From UHGV virus genome UHGV-2204638: a stretch of DNA of 36,601 nt; one strand, written 5' to 3'. This DNA is from a virus. Below are positions 26,254-36,601 of this stretch, in pieces; the first letter of the stretch is position 1; each line of letters opens with the position of its first letter. Position numbers and translations under genes: made by a program. The notes under the pieces were generated by a model. The model had not been told where the DNA came from and ran no database searches. It worked only from the letters and a program-made list of their open reading frames with translations.

Positions 26254-26810
26254 AACTGACGCCTGTTATTGCTGCGCTGCGTGCCCGCTGCCCGTATTTT
26301 GAAAACCGGGTGGCAGGCGCGGCACAGTTCAAAAATCTGCCGGAGGTCGGAAAGCTGAGACTCCCGGCGGCATATGTTGTACCGGGTGATGATTCTCCGG
26401 GAGAAAACAAAAGCCAGACCGACTACTGGCAGGAGCTGAAAGAGGGCTTCTCCGTGGTTGTCATACTGAGTAACGGGCGTGATGAGCGCGGTCAGTTTGC
26501 TTCGTATGATGTGGTGGACGATGTCCGGCAGATGCTCTTTAAGGCCCTTCTGGGCTGGAACCCGGAAGCGTGCGGTAACCCGATTACCTATGACGGCGGC
26601 ACGCTGCTGGATCTGAATCGTCATGAGCTGATTTATCAGTTCGATTTTTCGGTCATCAGCGAGCTGACCGAAGACGATACCCGCCAGCAGGATGACCTGA
26701 ACAGTCTGGATGAACTGCGAACGCTGGCGATTGATGTTGATTATCTCGATCCCGGTAACGGGCCTGACGGCGATATCGAACATCACACCGAAATAACCCT
26801 TCCTTCCTGA
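26250..26810 (+). CDS. Putative tail terminator / tail completion protein
   Basis: 186 aa; position before the sheath. Confidence 0.45.
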   Translation: MKLTPVIAALRARCPYFENRVAGAAQFKNLPEVGKLRLPAAYVVPGDDSPGENKSQTDYWQELKEGFSVVVILSNGRDERGQFASYDVVDDVRQMLFKALLGWNPEACGNPITYDGGTLLDLNRHELIYQFDFSVISELTEDDTRQQDDLNSLDELRTLAIDVDYLDPGNGPDGDIEHHTEITLPS

Positions 26811-26818
26811 GGATCATC

Positions 26819-26989
26819 ATGTTTGTGAAACCTGTTAAAGGGCGGTCAGTACCTGACCCTGCCCGCGGCGACCTTTTGCCCGCCGAGGGGCGAAATGTTG
26901 ATGAGAACAACTACTGGCTGCGCCGTGAAGCAGCGGGTGATATCCGGCGCGTGAATAAAAAGGTGAACACCGATGACGATAAGCTTTAA
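26819..26989 (+). CDS. Small DUF2635-like protein preceding the sheath
   Basis: 56-aa ORF MFVKPVKGRSVPDPARGDLLPAEG...YWLRR read from sequence; such small genes precede sheath genes in Mu-like tail modules (from memory). Confidence 0.45.
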   Translation: MFVKPVKGRSVPDPARGDLLPAEGRNVDENNYWLRREAAGDIRRVNKKVNTDDDKL

Positions 26990-28469
26990 CACCATTCCGT
27001 CGAATACGCTGGTTCCGCTGTTTTATGCGGAAATGGATAACCAGGCGGCGAATACTGCACAGGACAGCGGGGCATCGTTGCTGATTGGTCACGCCAATAA
27101 CGGTGCAGAGATTGTTGCCAACAGTCTGGTGCTGATGCCGTCGGCAGACTATGCACGCCAGATTTGTGGTGCGGGAAGTCAGCTGGCGCGTATGGTCGAG
27201 GCTTATCGCCAGACCGACCCGTTTGGCGAGCTGTATGTGATTGCCGTTCCGGAAGCCACAGGCGCGGCGGCAACGGTTACGCTGACGGTGACCGGGGCGG
27301 CAACCGAAACCGGCACGGTGAATGTCTATGTTGGACGTACCCGCGTGCAGGCTCCGGTGACCAACGGCGATAACGTCACGACGATTGCCAGCAGTATCCA
27401 GGATGCCATCAATGCCGTTCCGGCCCTGCCGTTTACGGCTTCATCTTCGGCAGGCGTGGTCACACTGACCGCGCGTCATAAGGGGCTTTGCGGGAATGAA
27501 ATTCCTGTCAGCCTCAATTACTACGGCTTCGGTGGGGGCGAAGTGCTGCCAGCGGGCGTACAGATTGCCGTGGCGACGGGGACCGCCGGAACGGGCTCTC
27601 CTGTTCTCACCGGCGCGGTGGCTGCAATGGCGGATGAGCCGTTTGATTATATCGGCCTGCCGTTCAACGACACGGCCTCCGTTAACACGCTGGTGACCGA
27701 GATGAACGATACCAGCGGTCGCTGGAGCTATGCGCGTCAGCTGTATGGTCATGTGTATACGGCAAAGATCGGCACGTTGTCAGAACTGGTGACCGCAGGT
27801 GACCAGTTTAACCAGCAGCACATTACCCTGGCGGGATACGAAAAAGAGACCCAGACGCCTGCCGACGAGCTGGCGGCAAGCCGTACCGCCCGCGCAGCGG
27901 TGTTTATTCGCAACGATCCGGCACGTCCCACGCAGACCGGTGAGCTGGTGGGTATGCTGCCTGCGCCGAAGGGGAAACGGTTCACGATGACCGAACAACA
28001 GACCCTGCTGTCTCATGGCGTGGCAACGGCGTATGTCGAAAGCGGGGTGCTGCGCATTCAGCGTGATGTCACCACGTACAGGAAAAACGCTTACGGTGTT
28101 GCGGATAACAGCTACCTCGACAGCGAGACGCTGCATACCAGCGCGTATGTGCTGCGCAAACTGAAATCCGTCATTACCAGTAAGTACGGGCGTCACAAGC
28201 TTGCCAGCGACGGTACCCGCTTTGGTCCCGGTCAGGCGATTGTCACACCGGCGGTGATCAAAGGGGAACTGCTGGCAACCTACCGTCAGCTTGAGCGTGC
28301 GGGGATCGTGGAAAACTACGAACTGTTTAAGCAGTACCTGGTTGTGGAGCGTGATGCCAGCGATCCGAACCGCCTGAACACGCTGTTCCCGCCTGACTAT
28401 GTTAACCAGTTGCGTGTCTTTGCCGTGGTTAACCAGTTCCGTCTTCAGTATTCAGAGGAGTCTGCATAA
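26973..28469 (+). CDS. Tail sheath protein
   Basis: 498 aa; position and size. Confidence 0.85.
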   Translation: MTISFNTIPSNTLVPLFYAEMDNQAANTAQDSGASLLIGHANNGAEIVANSLVLMPSADYARQICGAGSQLARMVEAYRQTDPFGELYVIAVPEATGAAATVTLTVTGAATETGTVNVYVGRTRVQAPVTNGDNVTTIASSIQDAINAVPALPFTASSSAGVVTLTARHKGLCGNEIPVSLNYYGFGGGEVLPAGVQIAVATGTAGTGSPVLTGAVAAMADEPFDYIGLPFNDTASVNTLVTEMNDTSGRWSYARQLYGHVYTAKIGTLSELVTAGDQFNQQHITLAGYEKETQTPADELAASRTARAAVFIRNDPARPTQTGELVGMLPAPKGKRFTMTEQQTLLSHGVATAYVESGVLRIQRDVTTYRKNAYGVADNSYLDSETLHTSAYVLRKLKSVITSKYGRHKLASDGTRFGPGQAIVTPAVIKGELLATYRQLERAGIVENYELFKQYLVVERDASDPNRLNTLFPPDYVNQLRVFAVVNQFRLQYSEESA

Positions 28470-28825
28470 TGGCCCGTATCGGGGGAACCTGTTATTTCAA
28501 AATTGACGGTCAGCAGCTATCGCTGACCGGCGGCATTGAGGTGCCCATGAACAGGACGGTCAATGATGACATCATCGGCCTGGACGGTTCAGTGGACCGC
28601 AAGGAAACTCACCGTGCACCTTATGTCAAAGGGACCTTCAAGGTGCCGAAGAATTTTCCGGTGAGCAAAATCACCTCGTCTGATGAGATGACCATCACTG
28701 CCGAGCTGGCGAACGGTCAGGTCTATGTATTGTCGTCCGCCTGGCTGCACGGTGAAGCGAACCATAATGCCGAAGAAGGCACGGTTGATCTTGAGTTCCA
28801 CGGTGAAGAAGGGGATTACCAGTGA
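28469..28825 (+). CDS. Tail tube protein
   Basis: 118 aa directly after the sheath. Confidence 0.7.
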   Translation: MARIGGTCYFKIDGQQLSLTGGIEVPMNRTVNDDIIGLDGSVDRKETHRAPYVKGTFKVPKNFPVSKITSSDEMTITAELANGQVYVLSSAWLHGEANHNAEEGTVDLEFHGEEGDYQ

Positions 28826-29145
28826 TTGAGCTTGTACTTAAAAAACCGATCATCGCCCACAAAGAAACACTGCATGTGCTGGAAATACGTGAGCCTACGT
28901 ATGACGAGATTGAGGCGCTGGGGTTCCCTTTCTCTGTTTCGCCTGATGGTGGTATGAAAATGGACAGTCAGGTGGCGCTGAAATATATCCCGCTTCTGGC
29001 CGGGATCCCGCGCTCGTCTGCAGCGCAGATGACGAAGCTGGATATTTTCAAGGCAGGCATGATTGTAATGCGTTTTTTTACCGGCTTGGAGACGGAAGAG
29101 ACCTCCGGAAGCGATTCTACAATGTCGCGTGGTTCTGGAAATTAA
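28822..29145 (+). CDS. Tail assembly chaperone
   Basis: 107 aa between tube and tape measure. Confidence 0.55.
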   Translation: MIELVLKKPIIAHKETLHVLEIREPTYDEIEALGFPFSVSPDGGMKMDSQVALKYIPLLAGIPRSSAAQMTKLDIFKAGMIVMRFFTGLETEETSGSDSTMSRGSGN

Positions 29146-29237
29146 ACCCCCTTGAACTTCGCCGGACGGCTATTTCCCACTTTGCTGATCTGGAGGCAGA
29201 GGCCGTCCGTATAAATGAGGAGATGAAGCATGGCTGA
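29073..29237 (+). other. Candidate programmed -1 frameshift site and extension frame of the tail chaperone
   Basis: T TTT TTT heptamer (29073..29079) in X XXY YYZ register; the -1 frame stays open for 53 codons to a TGA at 29235..29237. Confidence 0.4.
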
Positions 29238-31137
29238 TAATTTTCAGCTGAAAGCCATCATCACCGCCGTTGACAGGCTATCCGGCCCGCTTAAAGGTAT
29301 GCAGCGTCAGCTTAAGGGATTTCAGAAAGAAGTCTCCAGCCTTGCTCTGGGCGCTGCCGGGGCGGGTACTGCAATAATGGGGGCACTGGTACTCCCTGTA
29401 AAATCAGCCATCACCCTTGAATCGAAGATGGCTGATGTCCGCAAAGTGGTGGACGGTCTGGATACGCCTGATGCGTTTAAGGCCATGACGGAGCAGGTGC
29501 GTGACCTGTCAACCGAACTGCCTATGTCGGCGGAAGGTATCGCTGAAATCGTGGCGGCGGGTGGTCAGGCCGGGATTGCACGTGATGAACTGATGCAGTT
29601 TGCCACTGATGCGGTGAAGATGGGCGTGGCCTTTGATACCACGGCTGAAGAGTCCGGGCAGATGATGGCCCAGTGGCGTACTGCGTTTAATATGACGCAG
29701 GATGAAGTGGCCGGGCTGGCTGACAAAATCAACTACCTTGGTAATACCGGCCCGGCGAACGCGAAGAAAATCTCCGATATTGTTACGCGTATTGGTCCTT
29801 TAGGTGGTGTTGCAGGTGTGGCTTCCGGCGAAATCGCGGCAATGGGGGCAACCATTGCCGGGATGGGCGTGGAGTCAGAAATTGCCGCCACAGGGATCAA
29901 GAACTTCATGCTTTCCCTGACCGCGGGAAATTCTGCGACAAAATCGCAGAAACAGGCATTGCGTTTTCTGCGGATCAATCCGAAGAAATTAGCTGCTGAT
30001 ATGCAGAAAGATGCCCGGGGCACCATGCTATCTGTACTGGATGCGATGGCTAAAGTGCCTAAAGAAAAACAGGCAGCTGTGCTGAATGCCCTGTTCGGGA
30101 AAGAGTCTCTGGGCGCGATAGCACCTCTGCTGACTAACCTTGATTTGTTGCGTACCAACTTCAGGCGGGTTGCGGATTCCCAGCAGTATGGCAGTTCGAT
30201 GCAGAAGGAATATGCTTCGAGGGCAGCGACGACGGAAAACCAGCTTTTACTTCTGCAAAATCAACTTGATGCCATTTCTTCCACGCTGGGGGAAACGTTT
30301 CTTCCTGAGGTTAATGATGGTCTTGAAGCGGTAAAACCGCTCCTTGAGGAAGTGAGAACGTTTGTCCGTGAAAACCCGGAGCTCGTTAAGACCATTGCTA
30401 AAATCGGTCTGGCCTTACTGACGGTGGGAGCCGCTGCAGGCTCTTTGTCCAGAATTATGAAAGTTCTCGGCGGTGTGATGAATATGACGCCTGCTAAGGG
30501 GCTGATTGCTCTTCTGGTTGGTGGCGCTTACCTCATTATTGATAACTGGGAAACCGTAGGTCCTGTCATAAAAAAAGTCTGGCACGTGATGGATGAAACG
30601 GCGCAGGCGATGGGGGGATGGGAAACTGTTCTGAAAGCGATTGCCCTGTTTATGGCAACCAAATGGGTTGCTGACGTTACCAAATCCATTACCGCAGTGA
30701 CCAGAGAGATGCGTACGCTGGGGAAGGTATCGGCAGAAACGGGATTGATGGGGAAAGGCCGCGGCTTTATCGGGAAGGCCGGGGTATATGGTTTTCTGGG
30801 AACCCTGATGTATGAGCCGGTTAAAGATACTCTGGAAAGTGTTGTTCCTGAAGATACGGTTAACTGGCTGGATAATAAAGGGCTGTTTCTGGCTTCAGAC
30901 TGGACGCCTTTTTTTGATCGTAAAGAGTACGAGCAATATCAGGCCAGCCTGAGTCAGTACAAACCCAATGTTCCGCTGTTGAATCCATCTTCTTCCATGA
31001 CACAGCACAGCGAGCTGAAAGTCACGTTCGAGAATGCTCCGCCAGGTATGAAGATAATTGATGTACCGGACAAAGCCGATCCCCTGATGAAAATCACGCA
31101 CGATGTGGGGTATTCCCCTTTTCGTTTTCCACGATAA
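29230..31137 (+). CDS. Tail tape measure protein
   Basis: 635 aa, alpha-helical and Ala/Gly-rich, with transmembrane-like segments. Confidence 0.85.
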   Translation: MADNFQLKAIITAVDRLSGPLKGMQRQLKGFQKEVSSLALGAAGAGTAIMGALVLPVKSAITLESKMADVRKVVDGLDTPDAFKAMTEQVRDLSTELPMSAEGIAEIVAAGGQAGIARDELMQFATDAVKMGVAFDTTAEESGQMMAQWRTAFNMTQDEVAGLADKINYLGNTGPANAKKISDIVTRIGPLGGVAGVASGEIAAMGATIAGMGVESEIAATGIKNFMLSLTAGNSATKSQKQALRFLRINPKKLAADMQKDARGTMLSVLDAMAKVPKEKQAAVLNALFGKESLGAIAPLLTNLDLLRTNFRRVADSQQYGSSMQKEYASRAATTENQLLLLQNQLDAISSTLGETFLPEVNDGLEAVKPLLEEVRTFVRENPELVKTIAKIGLALLTVGAAAGSLSRIMKVLGGVMNMTPAKGLIALLVGGAYLIIDNWETVGPVIKKVWHVMDETAQAMGGWETVLKAIALFMATKWVADVTKSITAVTREMRTLGKVSAETGLMGKGRGFIGKAGVYGFLGTLMYEPVKDTLESVVPEDTVNWLDNKGLFLASDWTPFFDRKEYEQYQASLSQYKPNVPLLNPSSSMTQHSELKVTFENAPPGMKIIDVPDKADPLMKITHDVGYSPFRFPR

Positions 31138-31161
31138 CGCAGTCCTTTTTGAGGTCAGTCT

Positions 31162-32538
31162 ATGGATTTATCCTCATTTCCCACCCGACCTTCATTACTT
31201 TCGTCGTCTTCAGGCTGGCGTGACAGACTTCAGGACGCGTCATTTCGCGGCGTATCGTTTAAGGTTGAAGAAGAAAGTGCGGGAACCGGTCGCCGTGTGG
31301 AAACACACGAATACCCGAACCGCGACAAACCCTATACCGAAGACCTGGGGAAAATCACTTTCCGCCCGTCCATCACAGCTTATGTGGTGGGAGATGACTG
31401 CTTTGACCAGCGCGATCGCCTGATTGAAGCGCTGAATAAACCCGGTCCCGGCACGCTTGTCCATCCGACTTACGGTGAGCTGAAAGTCTGTGTTGACGGG
31501 GAAGTTCGGGTCAGCACATCGAAGAGTGAAGGGCGTATTGTCCGCTTTGACCTGAAGTTTGTCGAAGCGGGAGAACTCTCTTACCCCACTTCAGGTGCGG
31601 CGACGGCGCAGACGCTGATGTCATCCTGTTCTGCACTGGATGACTGCATCAGTGACAGCTTCAGTGGTTTCAGTATCGATGGCGTGGCAGATTTTGTGCA
31701 GAACGATGTCGTCGGTAATGCCAGCACAATGCTTGGGTATGTTTCTGATGCGATGAAAGTGGTGGATTCTGCCGTATCGGATGCCGCCAGGCTGTTGCAG
31801 GGGGATATCTCGGTACTTCTGCCGCCGCCATCGTCAGGCAAAAATTTCGTTGAGCAGGTGCAGAAAATGTGGCGTACCGGGAAACGCCTTTATGGTAACG
31901 CCAGCGACCTGGTCACCATGATCAAAACGCTTTCCGGTGTCAGCCTTGGCAGCGATCTGCAACCGCGCGGCATCTGGAAAACGGACAGTAAAACCACCGC
32001 CACGGCGACGCAGCAGCGTAACGTGGTTGCCAGCACCCTTCGTACGACCGCAATCAGCGAAGCGGCGTATGCCGTCACACGATTGCCTGCGCCCACAACT
32101 TCCGCGGTGATGCAGAATGCCACAGTGGGGCAGTCAACAACACCCGCGCAGAGCACCGGCTGGCCTTCTGTCACGCATCCGGCACTGAACAATGCACCGG
32201 CGGTGAAAAACACGGTTGACCTGCCAACGTGGGAAGAACTGACCGACATTCGCGACACACTGAATACGGCAATTGATAAGGAGTTGTCCCGTACAACCAG
32301 TGATGCGCTGTTTCTGGCGCTGCGCCGGGTGAAAGCAGATCTGAATGCGGATATCAACACGCGCCTTGAACAGTCTGCACGGATCATTCAGCGCACACCG
32401 GATGAGGTTTTACCCGCGCTGGTGCTGGCGGCGACCTGGTTTGATAACGCGGCGCGTGACGCGGACATTATCCGGCGTAATGCCATTACGCATCCCGGCT
32501 TTGTGCCGGTGATCCCTCTGAAGGTGCCAGTGCAATGA
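31162..32538 (+). CDS. DNA circularisation protein (Mu N-like)
   Basis: 458 aa after the tape measure in a Mu-like tail order. Confidence 0.6.
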   Translation: MDLSSFPTRPSLLSSSSGWRDRLQDASFRGVSFKVEEESAGTGRRVETHEYPNRDKPYTEDLGKITFRPSITAYVVGDDCFDQRDRLIEALNKPGPGTLVHPTYGELKVCVDGEVRVSTSKSEGRIVRFDLKFVEAGELSYPTSGAATAQTLMSSCSALDDCISDSFSGFSIDGVADFVQNDVVGNASTMLGYVSDAMKVVDSAVSDAARLLQGDISVLLPPPSSGKNFVEQVQKMWRTGKRLYGNASDLVTMIKTLSGVSLGSDLQPRGIWKTDSKTTATATQQRNVVASTLRTTAISEAAYAVTRLPAPTTSAVMQNATVGQSTTPAQSTGWPSVTHPALNNAPAVKNTVDLPTWEELTDIRDTLNTAIDKELSRTTSDALFLALRRVKADLNADINTRLEQSARIIQRTPDEVLPALVLAATWFDNAARDADIIRRNAITHPGFVPVIPLKVPVQ

Positions 32539-33614
32539 ACGACAATGTCACGCTACGGGTAAATGGCCGGGAGTGGAATGGCTGGACATCGGTGCGCATC
32601 GGTGCCGGTATTGAACGGCTGGCGCGGGATTTCAGTGTGGAGATCACCCGCCAGTGGCCGGGAGATGAGGGGATTACCACGCTTCAGCCGCGCATTAAAA
32701 ACGGTTCAAAAGTGGAGGTGCTGATTGGTGATGAGCTGGTGATCACCGGCTGGGTGGAGGCGACGCCCGTTCGTTACGATGCCCGTTCGGTCAGCACCGG
32801 TATTGCCGGACGCAGTCTGACCGCTGACCTGATTGACTGTGCAGCCGAACCGACACAGTTTAACGGACGATCGCTGGTACAGATTGCGCAGGCGCTTGCT
32901 GCGCCTTTCGGCATTGAGGTGGTGAACAGCGGTGCGCCGTCGGGTGTTATTCCTGATGTCCAGCCTGATCACGGTGAAACGGTGATTGAGGTAATCAACA
33001 AAATACTCGGTCAGCAGCAGGCACTGGCTTACGACGACCCGCACGGCAGGCTGGTGATTGGCGGTATTGGCTCAACGCGGGCACATACCGCGCTGGTACT
33101 TGGGGAAAACATCCTTTCCTGCGATACGGAGAAGAGTATCCGGGAGCGGTTTTCTGTTTACCAGGTGGCGGGGCAGCGTGCCGGAAACGACGATGATTTC
33201 GGTGAGGCCACCACAACTGCGCTGCGGGCCCGCACAGAGGACGCATTTATTGCCCGTTACCGTCCGATGTATATCAGGCAGACAGGGCAGGCCACGGGGG
33301 CAGGCTGTATTGCGCGTGCTGACTTTGAAGCCCGACAACGGGCGGCGCGGACGGATGAAACCACTTATGTGGTGCAGGGCTGGCGACAGGGTAACGGTAC
33401 GCTGTGGCAGCCCAACCAGCGGGTGATTGTCTTCGATCCGGTCTGTGGTTTCGACAATACCGAACTGCTTGTCTCGGAAGTCACGTTTACTCAGGACCAG
33501 AATGGCACCCTGACGGAAATCCGTGTCGGCCCACCTGATGCTTATCTGCCTGAACCCGAAGCCCCCGGCGCGCGGAAAAAGAAAAAAACCAGAGTACAGG
33601 AGGACCCGTTCTGA
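32535..33614 (+). CDS. Baseplate hub / tail protein (Mu P-like)
   Basis: 359 aa; position. Confidence 0.6.
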   Translation: MNDNVTLRVNGREWNGWTSVRIGAGIERLARDFSVEITRQWPGDEGITTLQPRIKNGSKVEVLIGDELVITGWVEATPVRYDARSVSTGIAGRSLTADLIDCAAEPTQFNGRSLVQIAQALAAPFGIEVVNSGAPSGVIPDVQPDHGETVIEVINKILGQQQALAYDDPHGRLVIGGIGSTRAHTALVLGENILSCDTEKSIRERFSVYQVAGQRAGNDDDFGEATTTALRARTEDAFIARYRPMYIRQTGQATGAGCIARADFEARQRAARTDETTYVVQGWRQGNGTLWQPNQRVIVFDPVCGFDNTELLVSEVTFTQDQNGTLTEIRVGPPDAYLPEPEAPGARKKKKTRVQEDPF

Positions 33615-34162
33615 TGAAGGCGATTGAAACCATACAGCGACAACTCCTCGGCCTGATTGGGCGGGCGGTGGTGAAAAGCATCAGTGCCGCCACGAAATGT
33701 CAGACCGTGGATGTGTCCCTGATTGCCGGTGAACCCAAAGCCGGGGTTGAACATCTTGAACCCTACGGTTTTACCGCAAGGGCAAACAGCGGTGCGGAAG
33801 CGGTGGTGTTGTTTCCGGATGGTGACCGTTCTCATGCGGTGGTTGTTACGGTGTCGGACCGACGCTACCGCCTGAAAGGGCTGCAGACGGGTGAGGTGGC
33901 TGTCTATGACGATCAGGGGCAGTCCGTGACGCTGACCCGGGCGGGGATCGTGGTGGACGGTGCAGGTAAAACGATCACGTTTCGCAATGCGCCTAAGGCT
34001 CGTTTTGAAATGGACCTGGAAGTGACCGGACAGGTGAAAGACCTGTGCGACTCCAGCGGCACCACCATGTCAGCGATGCGGCTTGCCTATAACGGGCATC
34101 GTCACAGAGAGAACGGTCAGGGCAGTAACACCGACAAACCTGATAAAGCGATGGAGGCATGA
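33614..34162 (+). CDS. Baseplate assembly protein V / spike (gp45-like)
   Basis: 182 aa; position and pattern. Confidence 0.6.
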   Translation: MKAIETIQRQLLGLIGRAVVKSISAATKCQTVDVSLIAGEPKAGVEHLEPYGFTARANSGAEAVVLFPDGDRSHAVVVTVSDRRYRLKGLQTGEVAVYDDQGQSVTLTRAGIVVDGAGKTITFRNAPKARFEMDLEVTGQVKDLCDSSGTTMSAMRLAYNGHRHRENGQGSNTDKPDKAMEA

Positions 34163-34587
34163 TGGAACTGTGGCTGACGGTGAACGGTAAACGCACCTGT
34201 GCCAGCGCACCGATGGATCCGCTGACCCGTGCCGTGGTGATTTCCCTGTTCACCTGGCGGCGGGCTGAACCTGATGACAATGCCGACGTCCCGATGGGAT
34301 GGTGGGGGGATACCTGGCCTGCGGTACAGAATGACCGTTACGGCTCCCGACTGTGGCTGCTTCAGCGCAGCAAACTGACCAATCAGCTGGTGCAGACGGT
34401 AAGGGGGTATATCCGCGAATGCCTGCAATGGATGATTGATGACGGCGTGGTGTCCCGTATTGATCTGGATATCCGCCGCACCGGGATTAATGAACTGGGT
34501 AACAGTATCACTCTCTGGCGTCGTGACGGACCGGTAATGATTTCTTTTGATGATCTGTGGAGTGCGATAACGCATGGCGGACAGTGA
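34159..34587 (+). CDS. GP46-family baseplate protein
   Basis: 142 aa; position. Confidence 0.55.
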   Translation: MMELWLTVNGKRTCASAPMDPLTRAVVISLFTWRRAEPDDNADVPMGWWGDTWPAVQNDRYGSRLWLLQRSKLTNQLVQTVRGYIRECLQWMIDDGVVSRIDLDIRRTGINELGNSITLWRRDGPVMISFDDLWSAITHGGQ

Positions 34588-35632
34588 ATTTCAGCGCCCG
34601 ACGCTGGCAGAAAATATCAGTATGCTCCGTAACGATTTATTCGCCAGGCTGGACGTCAGCGACACGCTCCGGCGCATGGATGAAGACGTGCGGGCAAAGG
34701 TGTATGCGGCGGCGCTGCATACGGTTTACGGTTACATCGATTATCTGGCAATGAACATGCTGCCTGACCTGTGCGATGAGTCCTGGCTGGCGCGACATGC
34801 TGAGATGAAACGGTGTCCGCGCAAGGGAGCCACGGCTGCCAGTGGGTATATGCGCTGGGAAGGTGTCAGCGATGGCCTGAAGGTGACCGCCGGGAGTGTT
34901 ATTCAGCGCGATGACCTGGTGCAGTACACGACAACTGACGATGCAACCAGCTCCGGTGGTGTCCTGCGCGTGCCGATCGCCTGCTCAAGTGCAGGTGCGG
35001 TCGGTAACGCTGACGACGGTACGGCATTAATCCTGGTCACGCCGGTGAATGGTCTGCCGTCTTCCGGTGTGGCTGACACCCTGACAGGCGGATTTGATAC
35101 TGAAGAGCTGGAAACGTGGCGCGCCCGCGTCATTGAGCGGTATTACTGGACGCCGCAGGGCGGGGCTGACGGGGACTATGTTGTCTGGGCTAAAGAAGTG
35201 CCCGGCATTACCCGCGCATGGACATACCGTCACTGGATGGGAACGGGAACTGTCGGTGTGATGATTGCCAGCAGTGACCTGATTAATCCCATTCCGGAAG
35301 AATCAACGGAAACGGCGGCAAGACAACATATCGAGCCACTGGCCCCGGTGGCAGGCTCTGATTTGTATGTGTTTAGGCCGGTGGCACATACGGTGGATTT
35401 TCATATCCGCGTGACGCCGGACACACCGGAAATACGGGCTGCCATCACCGCGGAGTTGCGTTCGTTCCTGCTGCGTGATGGTTATCCGCAGGGAGAACTG
35501 AAGGTATCGCGTATCAGTGAGGCGATTTCCGGTGCGAACGGGGAATACAGCCATCAGTTGCTTGCACCGACAGACAATATCTCCATTGCAAAAAATGAAC
35601 TGGCGGTTCTGGGGACGATTTCATGGACGTGA
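34574..35632 (+). CDS. Baseplate J-like protein (gp47-like)
   Basis: 352 aa; position. Confidence 0.65.
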   Translation: MADSEFQRPTLAENISMLRNDLFARLDVSDTLRRMDEDVRAKVYAAALHTVYGYIDYLAMNMLPDLCDESWLARHAEMKRCPRKGATAASGYMRWEGVSDGLKVTAGSVIQRDDLVQYTTTDDATSSGGVLRVPIACSSAGAVGNADDGTALILVTPVNGLPSSGVADTLTGGFDTEELETWRARVIERYYWTPQGGADGDYVVWAKEVPGITRAWTYRHWMGTGTVGVMIASSDLINPIPEESTETAARQHIEPLAPVAGSDLYVFRPVAHTVDFHIRVTPDTPEIRAAITAELRSFLLRDGYPQGELKVSRISEAISGANGEYSHQLLAPTDNISIAKNELAVLGTISWT

Positions 35633-36207
35633 CAAACGATGATTACATCCGTCTGTTGTCGGCACTGTTGCCCCCCGGTCCGGCGTGGTCAGCCAGCGAT
35701 CCGGCGATTGCCGGTGCGGCACCGTCATTAACCCGTGTTCATCAGCGTGCGGATGCCCTGATGCGGGAGCTGGATCCGCGCACCACCACTGAACTGATAA
35801 ACCGCTGGGAGCGTCTGTGCAGCATGCCGGATGAATGTATTCCGGCAGGGACGCAGACCCTTCGCCAGCGTCAGCAACGGCTGGATGCGAAGGTTAATCT
35901 GGCGGGCGGCATCAATGAGGATTTTTACCTTGCACAGCTTGCTGCCCTGGGCAGACCAGATGCCAACATCACGCGATACGACAAAAGCACGTTCACCTGC
36001 TCATCGGTCTGTACTGACGCGGTGAATGCGCCGGAATGGCGGTATTACTGGCAGGTCAACATGCCAGCCGCCACAAACACCACCTGGATGACATGTGGCG
36101 ATCCCTGTGATTCCGCGCTGCGTATCTGGGGCGACACCGTTGTCGAATGTGTGCTTAACAAACTCTGCCCGTCGCATACCTACGTAATTTTTAAATATCC
36201 GGAGTAA
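35623..36207 (+). CDS. YmfQ/gp48-like tail protein (DUF2313)
   Basis: 194 aa; position after baseplate J. Confidence 0.55.
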   Translation: MDVTNDDYIRLLSALLPPGPAWSASDPAIAGAAPSLTRVHQRADALMRELDPRTTTELINRWERLCSMPDECIPAGTQTLRQRQQRLDAKVNLAGGINEDFYLAQLAALGRPDANITRYDKSTFTCSSVCTDAVNAPEWRYYWQVNMPAATNTTWMTCGDPCDSALRIWGDTVVECVLNKLCPSHTYVIFKYPE

Positions 36208-36210
36208 TCC

Positions 36211-36601
36211 ATGCATCGTATAGACACGAAAACCGCGCAGAAGGATAAGTTCGGCGCGGGTAAGAACGGTTTTACCCGTGGTAACCCCCAGACCGGCACA
36301 CCTGCCACCGATCTGGATGATGACTACTTTGACATGTTGCAGGAGGAACTTTGCAGTGTTGTGGAGGCATCCGGTGCCAGCCTAGAGAAGGGGCGGCATG
36401 ACCAGCTGCTTACAGCGCTTCGTGCGCTGCTGTTAAGCCGCAAGAATCCGTTTGGCGATATCAAATCGGATGGCACGGTGAAAACGGCTCTCGAAAACCT
36501 TGGTTTGGGAGAAGGTTCGGCATTACCCGTTGGTGTGCCTGTTCCGTGGCCTTTAGCCACTCCACCAACAGGATGGCTGAAATGTAACGGCGCTCCATTT
36601 G
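36211..36601 (+). CDS. Tail fiber protein, N-terminal part (truncated by window end)
   Basis: Conserved tail-fiber N-terminus ([22 protein letters not shown]) and collar-like [18 protein letters not shown]. Confidence 0.6.
   Translation, partial: MHRIDTKTAQKDKFGAGKNGFTRGNPQTGTPATDLDDDYFDMLQEELCSVVEASGASLEKGRHDQLLTALRALLLSRKNPFGDIKSDGTVKTALENLGLGEGSALPVGVPVPWPLATPPTGWLKCNGAPF

Larger units (their letters stand above)
1640..36601. mobile_element. Lambdoid prophage (partial): early-left operon, immunity, replication/nin, cargo, lysis, HK97-type head, Mu-like contractile tail
   Basis: Gene order and content listed below. The left boundary is uncertain because no integrase or att site was found; the right end is cut inside a tail-fiber gene. 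Confidence 0.8.

Noticed and set aside
31103-31423. 106-aa ORF overlapping the start of the DNA-circularisation-like gene
   Set aside because: Alternative frame of a well-placed structural gene, with no independent start signals.
1-36601. CRISPR array, integrase, attachment-site repeats or insertion-sequence transposase
   Set aside because: No spacer-separated direct-repeat array, no tyrosine or serine recombinase-like ORF, and no terminal inverted repeats with a transposase were found. attL and int are presumably left of the window.

Overview
The window is almost entirely one lambdoid-type prophage of an enterobacterial host, read by eye from the ORF track and sequence; no database search was run. 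Left to right: an AT-rich cargo pair (686..1592); a leftward early operon (1640..7890, minus strand) with an excisionase-like gene, DEDD exonuclease, PD-(D/E)XK nuclease, HD hydrolase and RdgC; an immunity region with a cI-type repressor (8232..8918) flanked by operator-like repeats, then Cro-like and YdaT/CII-like genes; a replication and nin-like module (initiator with internal iterons, Dam methyltransferase, RusA, KilA-N, Q antiterminator); a cargo island between Q and the lysis genes (15233..17608); a lysis cassette (holin, lambda R-like endolysin, Rz-like); then HNH, terminase, HK97-type head genes and a Mu-like contractile tail with baseplate, ending in a truncated tail-fiber gene. No integrase, attachment site, tRNA or CRISPR array was found. 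The best candidates for undescribed biology are the AT-rich 205-aa cargo gene just after Q (15308..15925), the small zinc-ribbon ORF nested antisense inside the first leftward gene (7495..7692), and the left-end cargo pair.
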